DNA from: Actinomycetota bacterium | GTDB lineage: Bacteria; Actinomycetota; Aquicultoria; UBA3085; Oleimmundimicrobiaceae | Reading direction: 5' to 3' | Assembly: GCA_011046085.1 (NCBI GenBank) | Contig: DSBK01000103.1 | Location: forward strand, 6,084-70,083 | Length of the DNA: 64,000 bases | Shown here: piece after piece, positions 39,025 through 50,025 of the stretch | Position numbering within the stretch: position 1 is the first letter of the stretch | Layout: the number at the start of each line of letters is the position of its first letter | The notes under the pieces: model-generated | What the model saw: the letters and a program-made list of their open reading frames with translations, nothing else | Told to the model about the DNA's origin: nothing | Databases searched by the model: none | Program-made: the position numbers and the translations under genes

Positions 39025-40958
39025 TTGACCACCTCCTGCCTGCCTGTCTGTCGGCAGACACGGCCGGCAGGCACAGCCTGCTTACCAGAAGATACAGTCT
39101 TTTCCTCAAACTCCCTCACAACACAACCTGTCGGGCAAACTCCTATACAAGCTCCGCACTTTTCACAATATGACTGGTCGATGTAGAACCTGTCCCGCTC
39201 TTCCACGATCGCGTCATAAACACATACTTCCTTACAAAGACCGCAAAGAAGACATTCCTCCTCATGTATTCTGTATCTACCAAGCGCCGTGCATGCGCCG
39301 GCTGGACAATATCTATTTCTTATATGAGCTTCATACTCATCCCTGAAATATTTGATGGTTGAAAGCACGGGATTGGGCGCGCTTTTCCCCAATCCGCAAA
39401 GAGCTGTCTCTTGAATATGCTTACCTATAATTTCAAGGCGCTCAATATCTCCCTCTTCACCTTTACCTTCAACAATTCTAGTCAAAATATTAAACATCTC
39501 ATACGTTCCAATCCTGCAAGGAGGACATTTCCCACAGGATTCCACCTGAGTAAAAGAGAGGAAGTATCTGGCAATTTCCACCATGCAATTGGACTCATCC
39601 ATAACAACAAGCCCGCCGGAGCCCATCATTGCCCCAACCTCATCCAATGAATCGAAGTCTACCGGCAAATCGAGATATTCTTTGGGGATACATCCGCCGC
39701 TGGGTCCACCCGTCTGAACGGCTTTAAACTCTTTGTCACCCAAAATGCCGCCACCTATATCGTAAACAATCTCTCGAATGGTGACCCCCATTGGAACCTC
39801 GATTAGGCCCGTGTTTTTAACTTTTCCAGTTAACGCAAATATTTTTGTTCCCGGTGAACCCTTTGTCCCAATGGAAGTGTACCAATCCGCTCCCTTGATT
39901 ATTATCGGAGCAATATTAGCCAAGGTCTCAACGTTATTCAATACGGTGGGTTTGCCCCACAAACCCTTCTCTACAGAACGAGGAGGCGTTGTTCGAGGCA
40001 TTCCTCTTTTGCCCTCAATGGAGAACATAAGCGCTGTCGACTCTCCACATATGAAGGCCCCCGCTCCCCGTTTTATTTCCAAATCGAAGTTAAAACAGCT
40101 CCCAAGTATATTATTACCCAACAAACCAAGCTCCCTCGCCTGATTAATGGCTATAGTTAAATTCTCAACAGCAAGAGGATACTCTTGTCTCACATATATG
40201 AACCCCTTTTCGCAGTTACCCAGAGCATAAGCGCCAATTGCCATGCCCTCGATGACTGAATGGGGATCTCCCTCAAGAACGCTTCTGTCCATAAAAGCAC
40301 CCGGGTCCCCTTCGTCGCCGTTACAAACAATGTACTTTATATTTCCCTTTGTTCTTCGGCCTCCTTCCCACTTTCTCCCCACAGGGAAGCCAGCGCCACC
40401 CCGACCTCTCAGGTTGGACTTTTTAACCTCGTCGATAACTTCTTCCGGGGTCATATCGCTCAAAACTTTTGCCAGAGCCTCATAACCACCAACCGCTATG
40501 TAATCCTCTATGTTGGTCGGGTCAATTTGACCACAATTTCTTAAAACTATTCTATGTTGCTTGCCGTAGAAGGAAATCTCTTCCTCTTTGACAGCAAGAT
40601 CACCCGTAATCGGGTCAACCACTTGCAGACGGTCAATGACCTTGCCACGGTTTATTGTAAGATCAATTATCTTAGCCGCATCAAAAGGATCAACTTTTTG
40701 ATAAAAGACATCAAGGGGCTCTACAATTACAATGGGGCCCTTTTCACATAATCCCTGGCAACCGGTGGGCCTTATTTCAAAATCGACACCTTGTTTGGCC
40801 GCTTCTTTTTTGAAGGCCTCCACCACCTTTTGGGAGCCCGAAGCGCGACATCCCGTTCCACTGCAGACCCGAACTATCGTCTTTTTCTGCCTTGCTCTTT
40901 TGTTACAAATTTTTTCTCTTAAAGCACTTAATTCTTTAAAATTTTTGAGTTTACTCAT
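39021..40958 (-). CDS. NuoF-like NAD(P)H-binding flavoprotein subunit (second copy)
   Basis: RGRGGAGFPVGRKW, ESCGKCPPCRIG and C-terminal 2x[4Fe-4S]; paralogous to 18559-20376. Confidence 0.85.
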   Translation of the reverse strand: MSKLKNFKELSALREKICNKRARQKKTIVRVCSGTGCRASGSQKVVEAFKKEAAKQGVDFEIRPTGCQGLCEKGPIVIVEPLDVFYQKVDPFDAAKIIDLTINRGKVIDRLQVVDPITGDLAVKEEEISFYGKQHRIVLRNCGQIDPTNIEDYIAVGGYEALAKVLSDMTPEEVIDEVKKSNLRGRGGAGFPVGRKWEGGRRTKGNIKYIVCNGDEGDPGAFMDRSVLEGDPHSVIEGMAIGAYALGNCEKGFIYVRQEYPLAVENLTIAINQARELGLLGNNILGSCFNFDLEIKRGAGAFICGESTALMFSIEGKRGMPRTTPPRSVEKGLWGKPTVLNNVETLANIAPIIIKGADWYTSIGTKGSPGTKIFALTGKVKNTGLIEVPMGVTIREIVYDIGGGILGDKEFKAVQTGGPSGGCIPKEYLDLPVDFDSLDEVGAMMGSGGLVVMDESNCMVEIARYFLSFTQVESCGKCPPCRIGTYEMFNILTRIVEGKGEEGDIERLEIIGKHIQETALCGLGKSAPNPVLSTIKYFRDEYEAHIRNRYCPAGACTALGRYRIHEEECLLCGLCKEVCVYDAIVEERDRFYIDQSYCEKCGACIGVCPTGCVVREFEEKTVSSGKQAVPAGRVCRQTGRQEVVK

Positions 40959-41466
40959 CGTTCTCTTCCCCTTTATTTTTAAGGGCCGAGATTATCTTCT
41001 TTGGATTTCTCTCTTTAGAGACATTCTCGTTAACCACAACGACCGGGGCAAGCGCACAACATCCGACGCAACTCACCGTTTCCAGGGTAAATTCGAGGTC
41101 GTCTGTAGTTTCACCGGCTTTTATTCCGAGCTCTTCTTCCAACCCTTCGAGAATTAATTTCGAACCGCGAACATAACAAGCTGTGCCTGTGCAAACTTTA
41201 ATTATATTTTTTCCTCGAGGGGTAAAGTAAAAATGCGCATAAAACGAGGCAACCCCATACACGTGAGCCAGAGATAAATCAAATTCATCGGCGATAACTT
41301 CGAGTGATTCTTCAGGCAAAAAACCAAATTCTTCTTGAACATCCTGCAGAGCATGTACAAGTACTCCCGTCTTGCCTTCATACTTCTTTAGTAATTTATG
41401 GACATCATCTACATCTATCTGAATTTTTTTCTCTTCTTTTTTGGTACCACAAACGCAATTGGACAT
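40951..41466 (-). CDS. NuoE-like [2Fe-2S] subunit (second copy)
   Basis: CTGTACYVRG...CVGCCALAPVVVVN. Confidence 0.85.
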   Translation of the reverse strand: MSNCVCGTKKEEKKIQIDVDDVHKLLKKYEGKTGVLVHALQDVQEEFGFLPEESLEVIADEFDLSLAHVYGVASFYAHFYFTPRGKNIIKVCTGTACYVRGSKLILEGLEEELGIKAGETTDDLEFTLETVSCVGCCALAPVVVVNENVSKERNPKKIISALKNKGEENDE

Positions 41467-41481
41467 TACGCTTCCTCCGAA

Positions 41482-42420
41482 CTAACTCATCAGTTCTTCT
41501 ATGAATTTTTTTGTTAACTTAACCGCTTCGGGATGCCTCATAACCAAGACATCGCCACCGGCGATTAACATGCTAGCAGCCGTCATAAATTCCCAGAGAA
41601 TCCCCCTCTTTTCAGGATCACCCCAGCTCGGCTCGTCTTCCGTCTTTGCTTCTTTGGCTTTCCAGACCTCTCTTCCAAAGTCACACAATATCGGCATCTG
41701 AGTCATTTCATCATTTTGCTGGAGAGCCGCAAGTCGTAACCTCTCCATAATCGAATACACATACTCTAAACCATATCCTAAAGCTGCCCCGCTTGGGTCC
41801 ATCACCAGTCTATCGGCCTCCAAACCCAATTGGGTCATCAATATATTTAGTTGTTTAGCCATGTTCACATCTATTGGAGAGAGCCCCGAAACATTGTGCT
41901 TATAGCCAATCGCCGCAGCCGTTATGGGTTTATAGTTATCTTCTTGAGAGGGACCCAATATAACTCTTTGCCCCTCGGTAACTTCGGCAACCTTTTTTAA
42001 AACCTCCCCATCTTTTTCGATATTGCCGCTTCCATAAACGCATAAAGGCACGGAGATTGCCTCTAGAACGGCTTTAACGGTCTCAGCTGCTTCAGCAGGA
42101 TCGCGATTCTCGCCGTTTGGATCGGTACTCACAAGCCGTAAACAAATCATGTCCGCTCCGAACTCATCCTGGCACTTCTTTGCCCATACAACCGGATCAC
42201 TCAGAACATCTCTAAACGGCTTTGCTACAGCGCTGGACCAATTATCCGGAGCTACATCATAAACCTCCATAGCTATAACCGGTTTTCTGGACATCTCACC
42301 TTCAAAGAAGTGAAACGGCATCGCAATTTCCCCGCCGACCGTAATTTGATTGCTCTCACCACCCATAATAACCTCGCGGATTTTCCCTTGATATGTATCT
42401 ATCGGTGCTTGAAATGCCAT
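41482..42420 (-). CDS. acsD: Corrinoid iron-sulfur protein small subunit (AcsD/CdhD)
   Basis: 312 aa TIM-barrel-like protein adjacent to acs genes with the expected size. Confidence 0.7.
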   Translation of the reverse strand: MAFQAPIDTYQGKIREVIMGGESNQITVGGEIAMPFHFFEGEMSRKPVIAMEVYDVAPDNWSSAVAKPFRDVLSDPVVWAKKCQDEFGADMICLRLVSTDPNGENRDPAEAAETVKAVLEAISVPLCVYGSGNIEKDGEVLKKVAEVTEGQRVILGPSQEDNYKPITAAAIGYKHNVSGLSPIDVNMAKQLNILMTQLGLEADRLVMDPSGAALGYGLEYVYSIMERLRLAALQQNDEMTQMPILCDFGREVWKAKEAKTEDEPSWGDPEKRGILWEFMTAASMLIAGGDVLVMRHPEAVKLTKKFIEELMS

Positions 42421-42466
42421 TCTATATCTCCTTTCAAAAACTAAATTTATTTTTCACCCCAAAGAG

Positions 42467-43324
42467 CTACTTTGTTAAGGATTGTTTCTTGGCCGCCTTA
42501 ATGGTGTTCTTTAAAAGCATGGTTATGGTCATCGGGCCAACGCCTCCAGGAACGGGGGTGATGGCCGAAGCTTTTTTGCTCACGCTTTCAAATTCTACAT
42601 CGCCAACAAGCTTTCCACTCTCTAAACGATTTACGCCAACATCTATAACTACAACACCGTCTTTTACCATATCACCTTTTATCATCTCGGGTATTCCCAC
42701 CGCCGCAATGAGAACATCTGCCCTTGCGGTATGAAAATTTAAATCAACGGTCTTTGAGTGACAAATGGTAACTGTGGCACTCTTTGATAACAACATAAGC
42801 AAAATCGGCTTACCAACAATATTGCTCCTGCCAACGACCACCGCTTCTTTTCCCTTTAAATCTATTCCCGAATGTTCGAGCAAAACCATTATTCCATGAG
42901 GGGTACAGGGAAGAAATGTATCTTCTCCTATAACCATCTTCCCAATATTTTCGGGATGAAAACCATCTACGTCTTTAGCCGAGTCTATGGCATAAAGAAC
43001 CCTTTTTTCATCTATTTGTTTTGGCAATGGAAGCTGAACTAATATTCCGTTTATCTTGTCATCCTTATTTAGCTTATCAATTAAATCCAGTAATTCTTCT
43101 TCAGAAGTATCTCCAGGTAAATCGTGTTTTTCCGAGTAGATACCAATCTGGGCGCAACCCTTTTCTTTTTGACCAACATAAACCTTTGAAGCTGGATCAT
43201 CCCCAATAATTACAACGGCCAAGCCGGGCACAATACCATTTTCTTTAAGTTGCGCAACCTCGCTCGTCATCTCTTGTCGTATTGAAGCAGCGATAGCTTT
43301 ACCATCGATAATTCTTGCCGACAT
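42467..43324 (-). CDS. folD: Bifunctional methylene-THF dehydrogenase/methenyl-THF cyclohydrolase
   Basis: MSARIIDGKAIAASIRQEM..., YVGQKEK and GILVQLPLP motifs. Confidence 0.9.
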   Translation of the reverse strand: MSARIIDGKAIAASIRQEMTSEVAQLKENGIVPGLAVVIIGDDPASKVYVGQKEKGCAQIGIYSEKHDLPGDTSEEELLDLIDKLNKDDKINGILVQLPLPKQIDEKRVLYAIDSAKDVDGFHPENIGKMVIGEDTFLPCTPHGIMVLLEHSGIDLKGKEAVVVGRSNIVGKPILLMLLSKSATVTICHSKTVDLNFHTARADVLIAAVGIPEMIKGDMVKDGVVVIDVGVNRLESGKLVGDVEFESVSKKASAITPVPGGVGPMTITMLLKNTIKAAKKQSLTK

Positions 43325-43344
43325 TTAATTGCTCCTTTCAAGTC

Positions 43345-44103
43345 TTATAAATTCAGCTTATTAATAAGTTCCGAAACCGTCTTAAAAGCGATGGACTCAT
43401 CAAATAACTCAAAAATCGGTCCTCTTCTTAAATCTATCTCTAAAATCTGCTCATCCAAAGGCACTACTCCCAGAAGTTTGAGGTCTAACTTTTCTATCTC
43501 GTCCCTTAAAATAGGGTTTAGCTCGCCGTCGGGAACACGATTTACTATTAAATATGTCTCCTTCACCTTTAACTCAAGATCCTTAGCTAAATCTCTAATT
43601 CTCGCAGCAGCCCAAATGCCTCGAGGGCTCGTATCCGAAACCAACAAAAGCTGGTCAACCTCATAGGTCGTCCGTCTACTCAAATGCTCCATACCGGCTT
43701 CGTTGTCCATAATCACATAACGATAATTTTTCGCCAGTATGTCCATATACCTTCTCAAAATGTTGTTCACATAACAATAACAACCGGGGCCTTCGGGCCG
43801 GCCCATAACCAATAAATCAAACCCCGCCGCTTCAATTAAAACCTCTTGAATTTTAAGCTCCAAATAAGCATCCTTGGACATCCCGGGTGGAATTGAGCCC
43901 ACATTTTTGGTTATCTCTTCCCTTAAACTGCCGATGGAGTCCTTAACTCTCACACCAAGAACTTCGTTTAAATTTGAATTGGCATCAGCATCCACCGCCA
44001 ATACCGGTGTGAGTTTCCTGCCCAGCAAATATTTAATTATCAATCCACTCATGGTGGTTTTTCCTGTGCCGCCTTTGCCCGCAACGGCTATCGTAAAAGC
44101 CAT
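43345..44103 (-). CDS. CooC/AcsF-type Ni-insertion ATPase (second copy)
   Basis: MAFTIAVAGKGGTGKTT. Confidence 0.8.
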   Translation of the reverse strand: MAFTIAVAGKGGTGKTTMSGLIIKYLLGRKLTPVLAVDADANSNLNEVLGVRVKDSIGSLREEITKNVGSIPPGMSKDAYLELKIQEVLIEAAGFDLLVMGRPEGPGCYCYVNNILRRYMDILAKNYRYVIMDNEAGMEHLSRRTTYEVDQLLLVSDTSPRGIWAAARIRDLAKDLELKVKETYLIVNRVPDGELNPILRDEIEKLDLKLLGVVPLDEQILEIDLRRGPIFELFDESIAFKTVSELINKLNL

Positions 44104-44117
44104 AAATTCACCATCAA

Positions 44118-46037
44118 TTATCTATTTTTTAACTCTTTCATCACCATAGGAAACAACTCAACGTTTGTATGCGGCAAAAACAGCGCCGAAATATATTTAT
44201 CCATGAATTTGTTATCGGCGCTCAGCTCCAGATAAGCCATCTTGCTGGCCACTTCTTTCGCTTCAAGCAGCATCTCTTTGGATAAAGATCCCAAGCTGGC
44301 TCCGATAAGAGATCCATTGCCCACGAACTTTACCTTCTCAAACGGATATTCCGGTAACAACCCTATGGTTTGAACCCGCTCAATTTCAAGATAGTTGCCA
44401 AAAGCGCCGGCGATAAGAATCTCTTCCACATCCGAGATATCTACGCTCGTACTTTCAAGCAGAATGCTTATTCCGGCAAAAATAGCCGCCTTTGCTCTTA
44501 TTAAATTGTCAATATCCACTTCGGTTACGACTATATCTTCGCCGTTGGCGGTTTCATCGGCCCATGCTAAAACATACTCTGGGCCATGTTTGCCCTCCCT
44601 TACCCGCGGACTGTTGAGTTCCACATTTATCTTACCTCTTTGGTCCACTATCCTGCTTAAAAACATTTCAGCCAAGGCATCAATAAGGCCGGAGCCACAA
44701 ATGCCAGCTGGCTTTGTTTGGCCGATTGTTAAAATCATCGGTTCACATGTACCACAATCTATGCGAACCTGCTCGATAGCCCCTTTAGCCGCTCTCATGC
44801 CATGTTTAACCCCGCCACCTTCAAAAGCGGGACCAGCCGAACAAGAACAGGCAACCATCCAATCGGTGTTGCCGAGAACAATCTCTCCATTGGTCCCAAT
44901 ATCTATATATAACGTCAGCTTCTTGGAACGGGACACCCCAGACGCTAAAACACCCGCAACTATATCTCCGCCCACATAGCTGGCCACACATGGAAAACAA
45001 CAAGCATAGGTTTCTCCGAAAACATCCAAACCGCAATCTTTCGCTTTAATCCAGGGAAAATCACTAGCCGTGGGGATATAAGGCGCTTCCCTAATATATT
45101 TCGGACTCAACCCCAAAAACAGATGGGTCATGATCGTGTTTCCGGCCAAAACCAAACAAGAAGTGTCTGAAAATTTAATCCCCGCTTTGTCTGCCAGCTT
45201 CATCAAAAGCTCGCTTATGGTGCTTGCAACCAACGACTGCAACTTAATAAGCCCGTCTCTCTTGGTGGAAAAAATCATCCTAGAGATTACATCTTCCCCA
45301 CAGCTTGCTTGGGCATTGTAATTGGAGGCCTGGGCCACAGCCGTTCGTTCTTTCAAATCTATCAAACGAGCCCCGATTGTAGTTGTTCCAATATCTATTG
45401 CCGCCGCATAATTTTCCTTCGCGGTATCCCCGGACTCAACTTTTATAATCTTTACGCTTGAATTATTCTCAAGCAAAGTTACCGTAACCCGCCAATCTGC
45501 TTCACGAATAACTCTGGCCATGTACTTTAAAACCGACAGGTCGACATCAACTTCTGCCTCCAAGCCGTGTTCCTTGCCAAGCTCCCGCTTTATTCTCTTC
45601 AAATCGTCCACGTTGTCGCTCAAGTTGGGCGCGGGCATCTCAATATAATACTTTTGAATCGGCGGACGCCTTTGCCAGCTCGAAAGATGCTCTTCCCAGC
45701 CCTTTGCGGACAATATATGTGAAGCTGGAGCTTTTTCCCTCTCAATGAATTTGCCCAAGCGCGACTCGGGAGGAACCCTTACCTCCAAATCGCTCTTAAT
45801 TGTTGAGAGACAGGCCAGGACATAGCCTTGCTCGATTTCTTCAGTTGTCAATTTGCTGGTCGGCCTCTGCTCAACGACACCTTTTTCTACAATTACTCGA
45901 CATTTGCCACACGTGCCGTCTCCGCCGCAGGAAGCGCTTATGTGAACCTCCGCCGCCATAGCGGCACGTAAGAGATTCTCTCCTTCCTCCACTTCAACTT
46001 GCTTGTCGTCTGGGCAGAAGGTTACTTTATGCTTCAT
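44118..46037 (-). CDS. RACo-like reductive activator of corrinoid proteins (N-terminal [2Fe-2S] ferredoxin plus ASKHA ATPase)
   Basis: N-terminal plant-type ferredoxin CGGDGTCGKCRV...C; the roughly 640 aa size and context beside CFeSP genes fit. Confidence 0.7.
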   Translation of the reverse strand: MKHKVTFCPDDKQVEVEEGENLLRAAMAAEVHISASCGGDGTCGKCRVIVEKGVVEQRPTSKLTTEEIEQGYVLACLSTIKSDLEVRVPPESRLGKFIEREKAPASHILSAKGWEEHLSSWQRRPPIQKYYIEMPAPNLSDNVDDLKRIKRELGKEHGLEAEVDVDLSVLKYMARVIREADWRVTVTLLENNSSVKIIKVESGDTAKENYAAAIDIGTTTIGARLIDLKERTAVAQASNYNAQASCGEDVISRMIFSTKRDGLIKLQSLVASTISELLMKLADKAGIKFSDTSCLVLAGNTIMTHLFLGLSPKYIREAPYIPTASDFPWIKAKDCGLDVFGETYACCFPCVASYVGGDIVAGVLASGVSRSKKLTLYIDIGTNGEIVLGNTDWMVACSCSAGPAFEGGGVKHGMRAAKGAIEQVRIDCGTCEPMILTIGQTKPAGICGSGLIDALAEMFLSRIVDQRGKINVELNSPRVREGKHGPEYVLAWADETANGEDIVVTEVDIDNLIRAKAAIFAGISILLESTSVDISDVEEILIAGAFGNYLEIERVQTIGLLPEYPFEKVKFVGNGSLIGASLGSLSKEMLLEAKEVASKMAYLELSADNKFMDKYISALFLPHTNVELFPMVMKELKNR

Positions 46038-46053
46038 TTAATGCTCTTTTCCC

Positions 46054-47748
46054 TTAAAACAAGCCAACTATTTTGCCGTTCTCATCTATATCAATCTTCG
46101 TCCCCGCGGGTACAGAGGGGAGTCCAGGCATCGTCCTCATATCGCCACACAGCGGGTACAAGAAACCGGCGCCAATCGATGGACGAATATCTCGCACGGG
46201 CAACCTAAAATTGCGTGGTCTCCCCTTCAATGCGGGATCATGCGAAATTGAAAGATGTGTTTTAGCCATACAAATCGGAAGATTGCCCCATCCATACTTG
46301 GTGTATAGCTCTATTTTCTTCTCGGCCGTGGGAGAAAAATCGACACCGTCCGCGCCGTATATCTTGGTTGCAATGGCCTCAATCTTTTCTTTGATTGGAG
46401 CATCATCGGGATAGAGGAATTTAAAGTTAGACGGCTTATCGCATGCTTTGACAACCGCTTCTGCAAGCTCTTTGCCGCCCTCTCCCCCTTTAGCCCAAAC
46501 GTCGCTCTTAACGGCATCTTCCGCTCCTGCGGCAAGCGCGCGCTCACGTATTAAATCTACCTCTTTGTCAGTATCAGTAGTGAACTTATTGACCGCCACA
46601 ACAACGGGCACGCCAAAGAGTTTCATATTCTCGATGTGTTTCTCTAAATTCTCGATACCCATGGAGAGAGAATCTAAATCTTCTTGGATAAGCGCGGGGT
46701 CTAATGATCTTCCAGCAACCACCGTAAACCTCCCACTGTGCATCTTAAGAGCACGAACGGTTGCGACAATCACGACACAGTCAGGTTTCAAACCGCTTAT
46801 GCGACATTTAATATTCATAAATTTCTCAGCGCCACAATCCGCGCCAAAACCACTCTCTGTAACCACATAATCAGCAAGTTTTAAAGCGATTTCATCCTCA
46901 ATTATCGAATTGTTGCCATGTGCAATGTTTGCAAAAGGACCAGCATGCACTAGGCAAGGCGAGTTTTCTGTCGTTTGAATGAGGGTTGGTTTAATCGCAT
47001 CCTTCATAAGAACGGTCATCGCCCCGGCGCACTCCAGATCCTCGGCCGTTACGGGTTTTCCATCATGGGTGAAGGCAACAACTATCCTGCCAAGACGCTC
47101 CCGTAAATCCTTCAAGTCGCTCGCAAGAGCCAAAATCGCCATCACTTCAGAAGCAACGGAAATATCAAAACCAGTTTCCCGAGGAATGCCGTTTAGCTTT
47201 CCGCCCAATCCAACAACTATGTTGCGAAGAGCCCTATCGCTCACATCAACAACCCTATTCCAGCTGATGGTGTTGGGATCGATGTTTAATTTGTTTCCTT
47301 TCAAGAGATGATTATCGATGAAAGCGGCGAGCAAATTATTGGCAAGACTTACGGCGTGAACATCGCCCGTGAAATGCAAATTAAAATCTTCCATGGGTAA
47401 TACCTGAGAATAGCCGCCGCCGGCCGCGCCGCCTTTAATACCAAAGACGGGACCCAGAGAAGGTTGCCTTATGCAAGTCATCACCTTCTTATCAATCGCA
47501 TTTAATCCAAGTGAAAGCCCTATTGTTGTTACGGTTTTACCTTCTCCCAACGGGGTCGGCGTAATGGCCGTAACATCGATATATTTACCATTGGGTTTAT
47601 CTTTTAACCTCTTTAACACGCCAAGATCTACTTTTGCCTTGTACTTTCCGTAAAGCTCAATTTCATCATCGGTCAAGCCGAGCCCATCAGCAATTTTTGT
47701 AATTGGCTCAAGTTTTGCTTCCTGTGCAATTTCTAAATCAGTTTTCAC
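46054..47748 (-). CDS. fhs: Formate-tetrahydrofolate ligase
   Basis: [16 protein letters not shown]..., [15 protein letters not shown]; 564 aa. Confidence 0.95.
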   Translation of the reverse strand: MKTDLEIAQEAKLEPITKIADGLGLTDDEIELYGKYKAKVDLGVLKRLKDKPNGKYIDVTAITPTPLGEGKTVTTIGLSLGLNAIDKKVMTCIRQPSLGPVFGIKGGAAGGGYSQVLPMEDFNLHFTGDVHAVSLANNLLAAFIDNHLLKGNKLNIDPNTISWNRVVDVSDRALRNIVVGLGGKLNGIPRETGFDISVASEVMAILALASDLKDLRERLGRIVVAFTHDGKPVTAEDLECAGAMTVLMKDAIKPTLIQTTENSPCLVHAGPFANIAHGNNSIIEDEIALKLADYVVTESGFGADCGAEKFMNIKCRISGLKPDCVVIVATVRALKMHSGRFTVVAGRSLDPALIQEDLDSLSMGIENLEKHIENMKLFGVPVVVAVNKFTTDTDKEVDLIRERALAAGAEDAVKSDVWAKGGEGGKELAEAVVKACDKPSNFKFLYPDDAPIKEKIEAIATKIYGADGVDFSPTAEKKIELYTKYGWGNLPICMAKTHLSISHDPALKGRPRNFRLPVRDIRPSIGAGFLYPLCGDMRTMPGLPSVPAGTKIDIDENGKIVGLF

Positions 47749-47897
47749 GAAACAATCCCCCTCGGTTAGTTAAAAAGTGAGCATAGATGAAATTATTCTA
47801 GGTTGAGCAACTAAAAATAACAACAAATTTACCTTCAACGATAAAAATTTAAAGGTAAGTGGCGAAAATAGTCGGTTAACTGGCAAAAATTCGTGGG

Positions 47898-48638
47898 TTA
47901 CATGCCTAAAAGAGATTTCAGATCGGCAGCTTTTCTTCGACTAACCGGAACTTCAATCCCGCCGGAAAGACGTAGAATAAAACTTCCGTGAAACATCGGC
48001 ACAATCTCTTTCGCCTTATGGACATTGACGAGGTAACTACGGTGAGTCCTAAAAAATCCCTTTTTTAAAAGACGTTTCTCCAGCTCCTTTAAGTTAAAGG
48101 AGCTGGAGTAGACTCCGCCGGTCGCATGAACAAAAACTCTCTCATTTTGTGAGTGGATATAAGCTACATCTTCTATGGGTATTAATATTGTTTTTCCTTT
48201 GTCTTGCACCGGCAAAAGGTCTATCTGGGCCTCTTTTTTTTCAACCTTCTCCTGCTCAACCTCACTTACACCCCTTTTAATTCTAAAAATCTTATTTACG
48301 GTTTTAGCAAGACGTTCTTCTTCAAATGGCTTAACGAGATAATCCACGGCATCAAGCTCAAAAGCCTTTACAGCATGCTCTCCGTATGCGGTAACGAAAA
48401 CAACCATGGGCGATAACGGGAATTCGCCGATGATTTCAGCAATTTGAAGACCAGTCAGCCCCTGCATTTGTATATCCATGAAGACTACATCATATTTCAA
48501 GGCTTTTATGAGCTCGATAGCTTCATTCGTGTTTGTTGCTTCTCCAACAACCTCAACATCTCCAACCTCTTGCAACATATACCTAAGTTCTGAGCGAGCA
48601 GGAGCTTCATCGTCAACTATCAGCGCTTTTAGCTTCAT
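47898..48638 (-). CDS. LytTR-family response regulator
   Basis: REC domain (LIVDDE...D) plus C-terminal LytTR DNA-binding domain. Confidence 0.85.
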   Translation of the reverse strand: MKLKALIVDDEAPARSELRYMLQEVGDVEVVGEATNTNEAIELIKALKYDVVFMDIQMQGLTGLQIAEIIGEFPLSPMVVFVTAYGEHAVKAFELDAVDYLVKPFEEERLAKTVNKIFRIKRGVSEVEQEKVEKKEAQIDLLPVQDKGKTILIPIEDVAYIHSQNERVFVHATGGVYSSSFNLKELEKRLLKKGFFRTHRSYLVNVHKAKEIVPMFHGSFILRLSGGIEVPVSRRKAADLKSLLGM

Positions 48639-50004
48639 GGCTTCCTCCTAAAATCGGAATACGTACCGTAACTCTTGTCCCCTTATCTTTTATGCTCTGT
48701 ATATCCAAAGAAAATTCTTCGCCATAGAGACTTTTTAACCTTTCATTTACATTGCTCAAACCTATCCCCATCCCTTTGCCAAGCCCCGAGAACAAAATTT
48801 CACCCTTCTCATCCTTCTTCATTCCTTTTCCATTATTCCAAACCTGAATGGTAACTTCGGAGTCATGTGTTTGCGCTGATATCTTCACCTTAATGTGTCC
48901 ACCGAGCGTCCCACCATATTTGACTGCATTTTCAACCAAAGGTTGAATAATTAGGGCTGGCATTTTTACTCCCAGAGCTTTCTTGTCGATCTCTTCAATA
49001 ATGTTAAGACTCTGCCCAAACCTGGCTTTCTCAAACAAAAGATATGAATTTACGTAATCTATCTCTTCCTCCAAAGTTACAAAATCGGACTCTCGTTCAA
49101 GTGATCTTCTAAAAAAATCGGCAAATTGGATTATAAGCATTCGCGCCTTCTTTGAGTCGGTTCTACACAAACTTGCAATCGTGTTTAAGGTATTGAAAAG
49201 AAAGTGTGGGTTTATCTGCGCTTGTAACGCTTTAAGTTCAGCTTTATATGTGAGCTCCTCCTGTTTGTCAATCTCTGAAAGTTCCAGTTGGATGCTGAGC
49301 AATTTGGCCAATCCTTCGGCGAGCGTAATTCTGCTTTCGGTCAATTCCTTCTTATCCGGGTAGTAAAACTTTAAGGTGCCCGCGACTACGCCCCTGGTCT
49401 CTAAGGGAACCACTATGGCCGCGCTCAAAGGACAATCGGAGACAGGGCAACCTATCTCATCTTTGCTCTCTAGAATCCTCAATTCATCGTGTTTTAAAGC
49501 TTCTTTGGTGGCCTCGGTCAAGATTGGCGCACCCGCTTTGTGATGATCCTCTCCCACGCCTGAAAAAGCCAATACGGTCACTAAATTTGTAAGAGCAATG
49601 GCCATCGCGTCGGTATTTTTTATCAATATTCTTGCAACTTCCCCCGCGGATTTTTCATTGAGCCCCGTCCGGAGATGAGGTAAGGTGGCATTTGCCATCT
49701 CGAAAATTTGATGTGAGTATAGGGCTTTGACGTGTTCTGGTTCGCTCTTTTCAATAAAAATCCTTAAAACTGAGAATATAGCGAGCGCAACGAGCAACCC
49801 CAGAAAAATTAAGCCCCATCCTTCGAAGGCAACGCCCAAGAAGAGCAAAATCCACCCTAATAATATGGTGGCAAAACCCGCAAAAACACCAACCGCTATC
49901 ATTTGGCGTTTAAATTTATCCGTTTCGAAATGTTCTCTATGCTTAACTACCATATTCTTTCCTCGAATAATAAGTAACGTTATTATACAATATTTGATAT
50001 CCAT
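48613..50004 (-). CDS. Sensor histidine kinase, LytS/YehU-like (2 TM, GAF-like, His_kinase, HATPase_c)
   Basis: INPHFLFNTLN H-box and C-terminal HATPase N/G boxes; overlaps the response regulator gene. Confidence 0.8.
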   Translation of the reverse strand: MDIKYCIITLLIIRGKNMVVKHREHFETDKFKRQMIAVGVFAGFATILLGWILLFLGVAFEGWGLIFLGLLVALAIFSVLRIFIEKSEPEHVKALYSHQIFEMANATLPHLRTGLNEKSAGEVARILIKNTDAMAIALTNLVTVLAFSGVGEDHHKAGAPILTEATKEALKHDELRILESKDEIGCPVSDCPLSAAIVVPLETRGVVAGTLKFYYPDKKELTESRITLAEGLAKLLSIQLELSEIDKQEELTYKAELKALQAQINPHFLFNTLNTIASLCRTDSKKARMLIIQFADFFRRSLERESDFVTLEEEIDYVNSYLLFEKARFGQSLNIIEEIDKKALGVKMPALIIQPLVENAVKYGGTLGGHIKVKISAQTHDSEVTIQVWNNGKGMKKDEKGEILFSGLGKGMGIGLSNVNERLKSLYGEEFSLDIQSIKDKGTRVTVRIPILGGSHEAKSADS

Positions 50005-50025
50005 CTGCTTGGAGGTATCTTAAAC

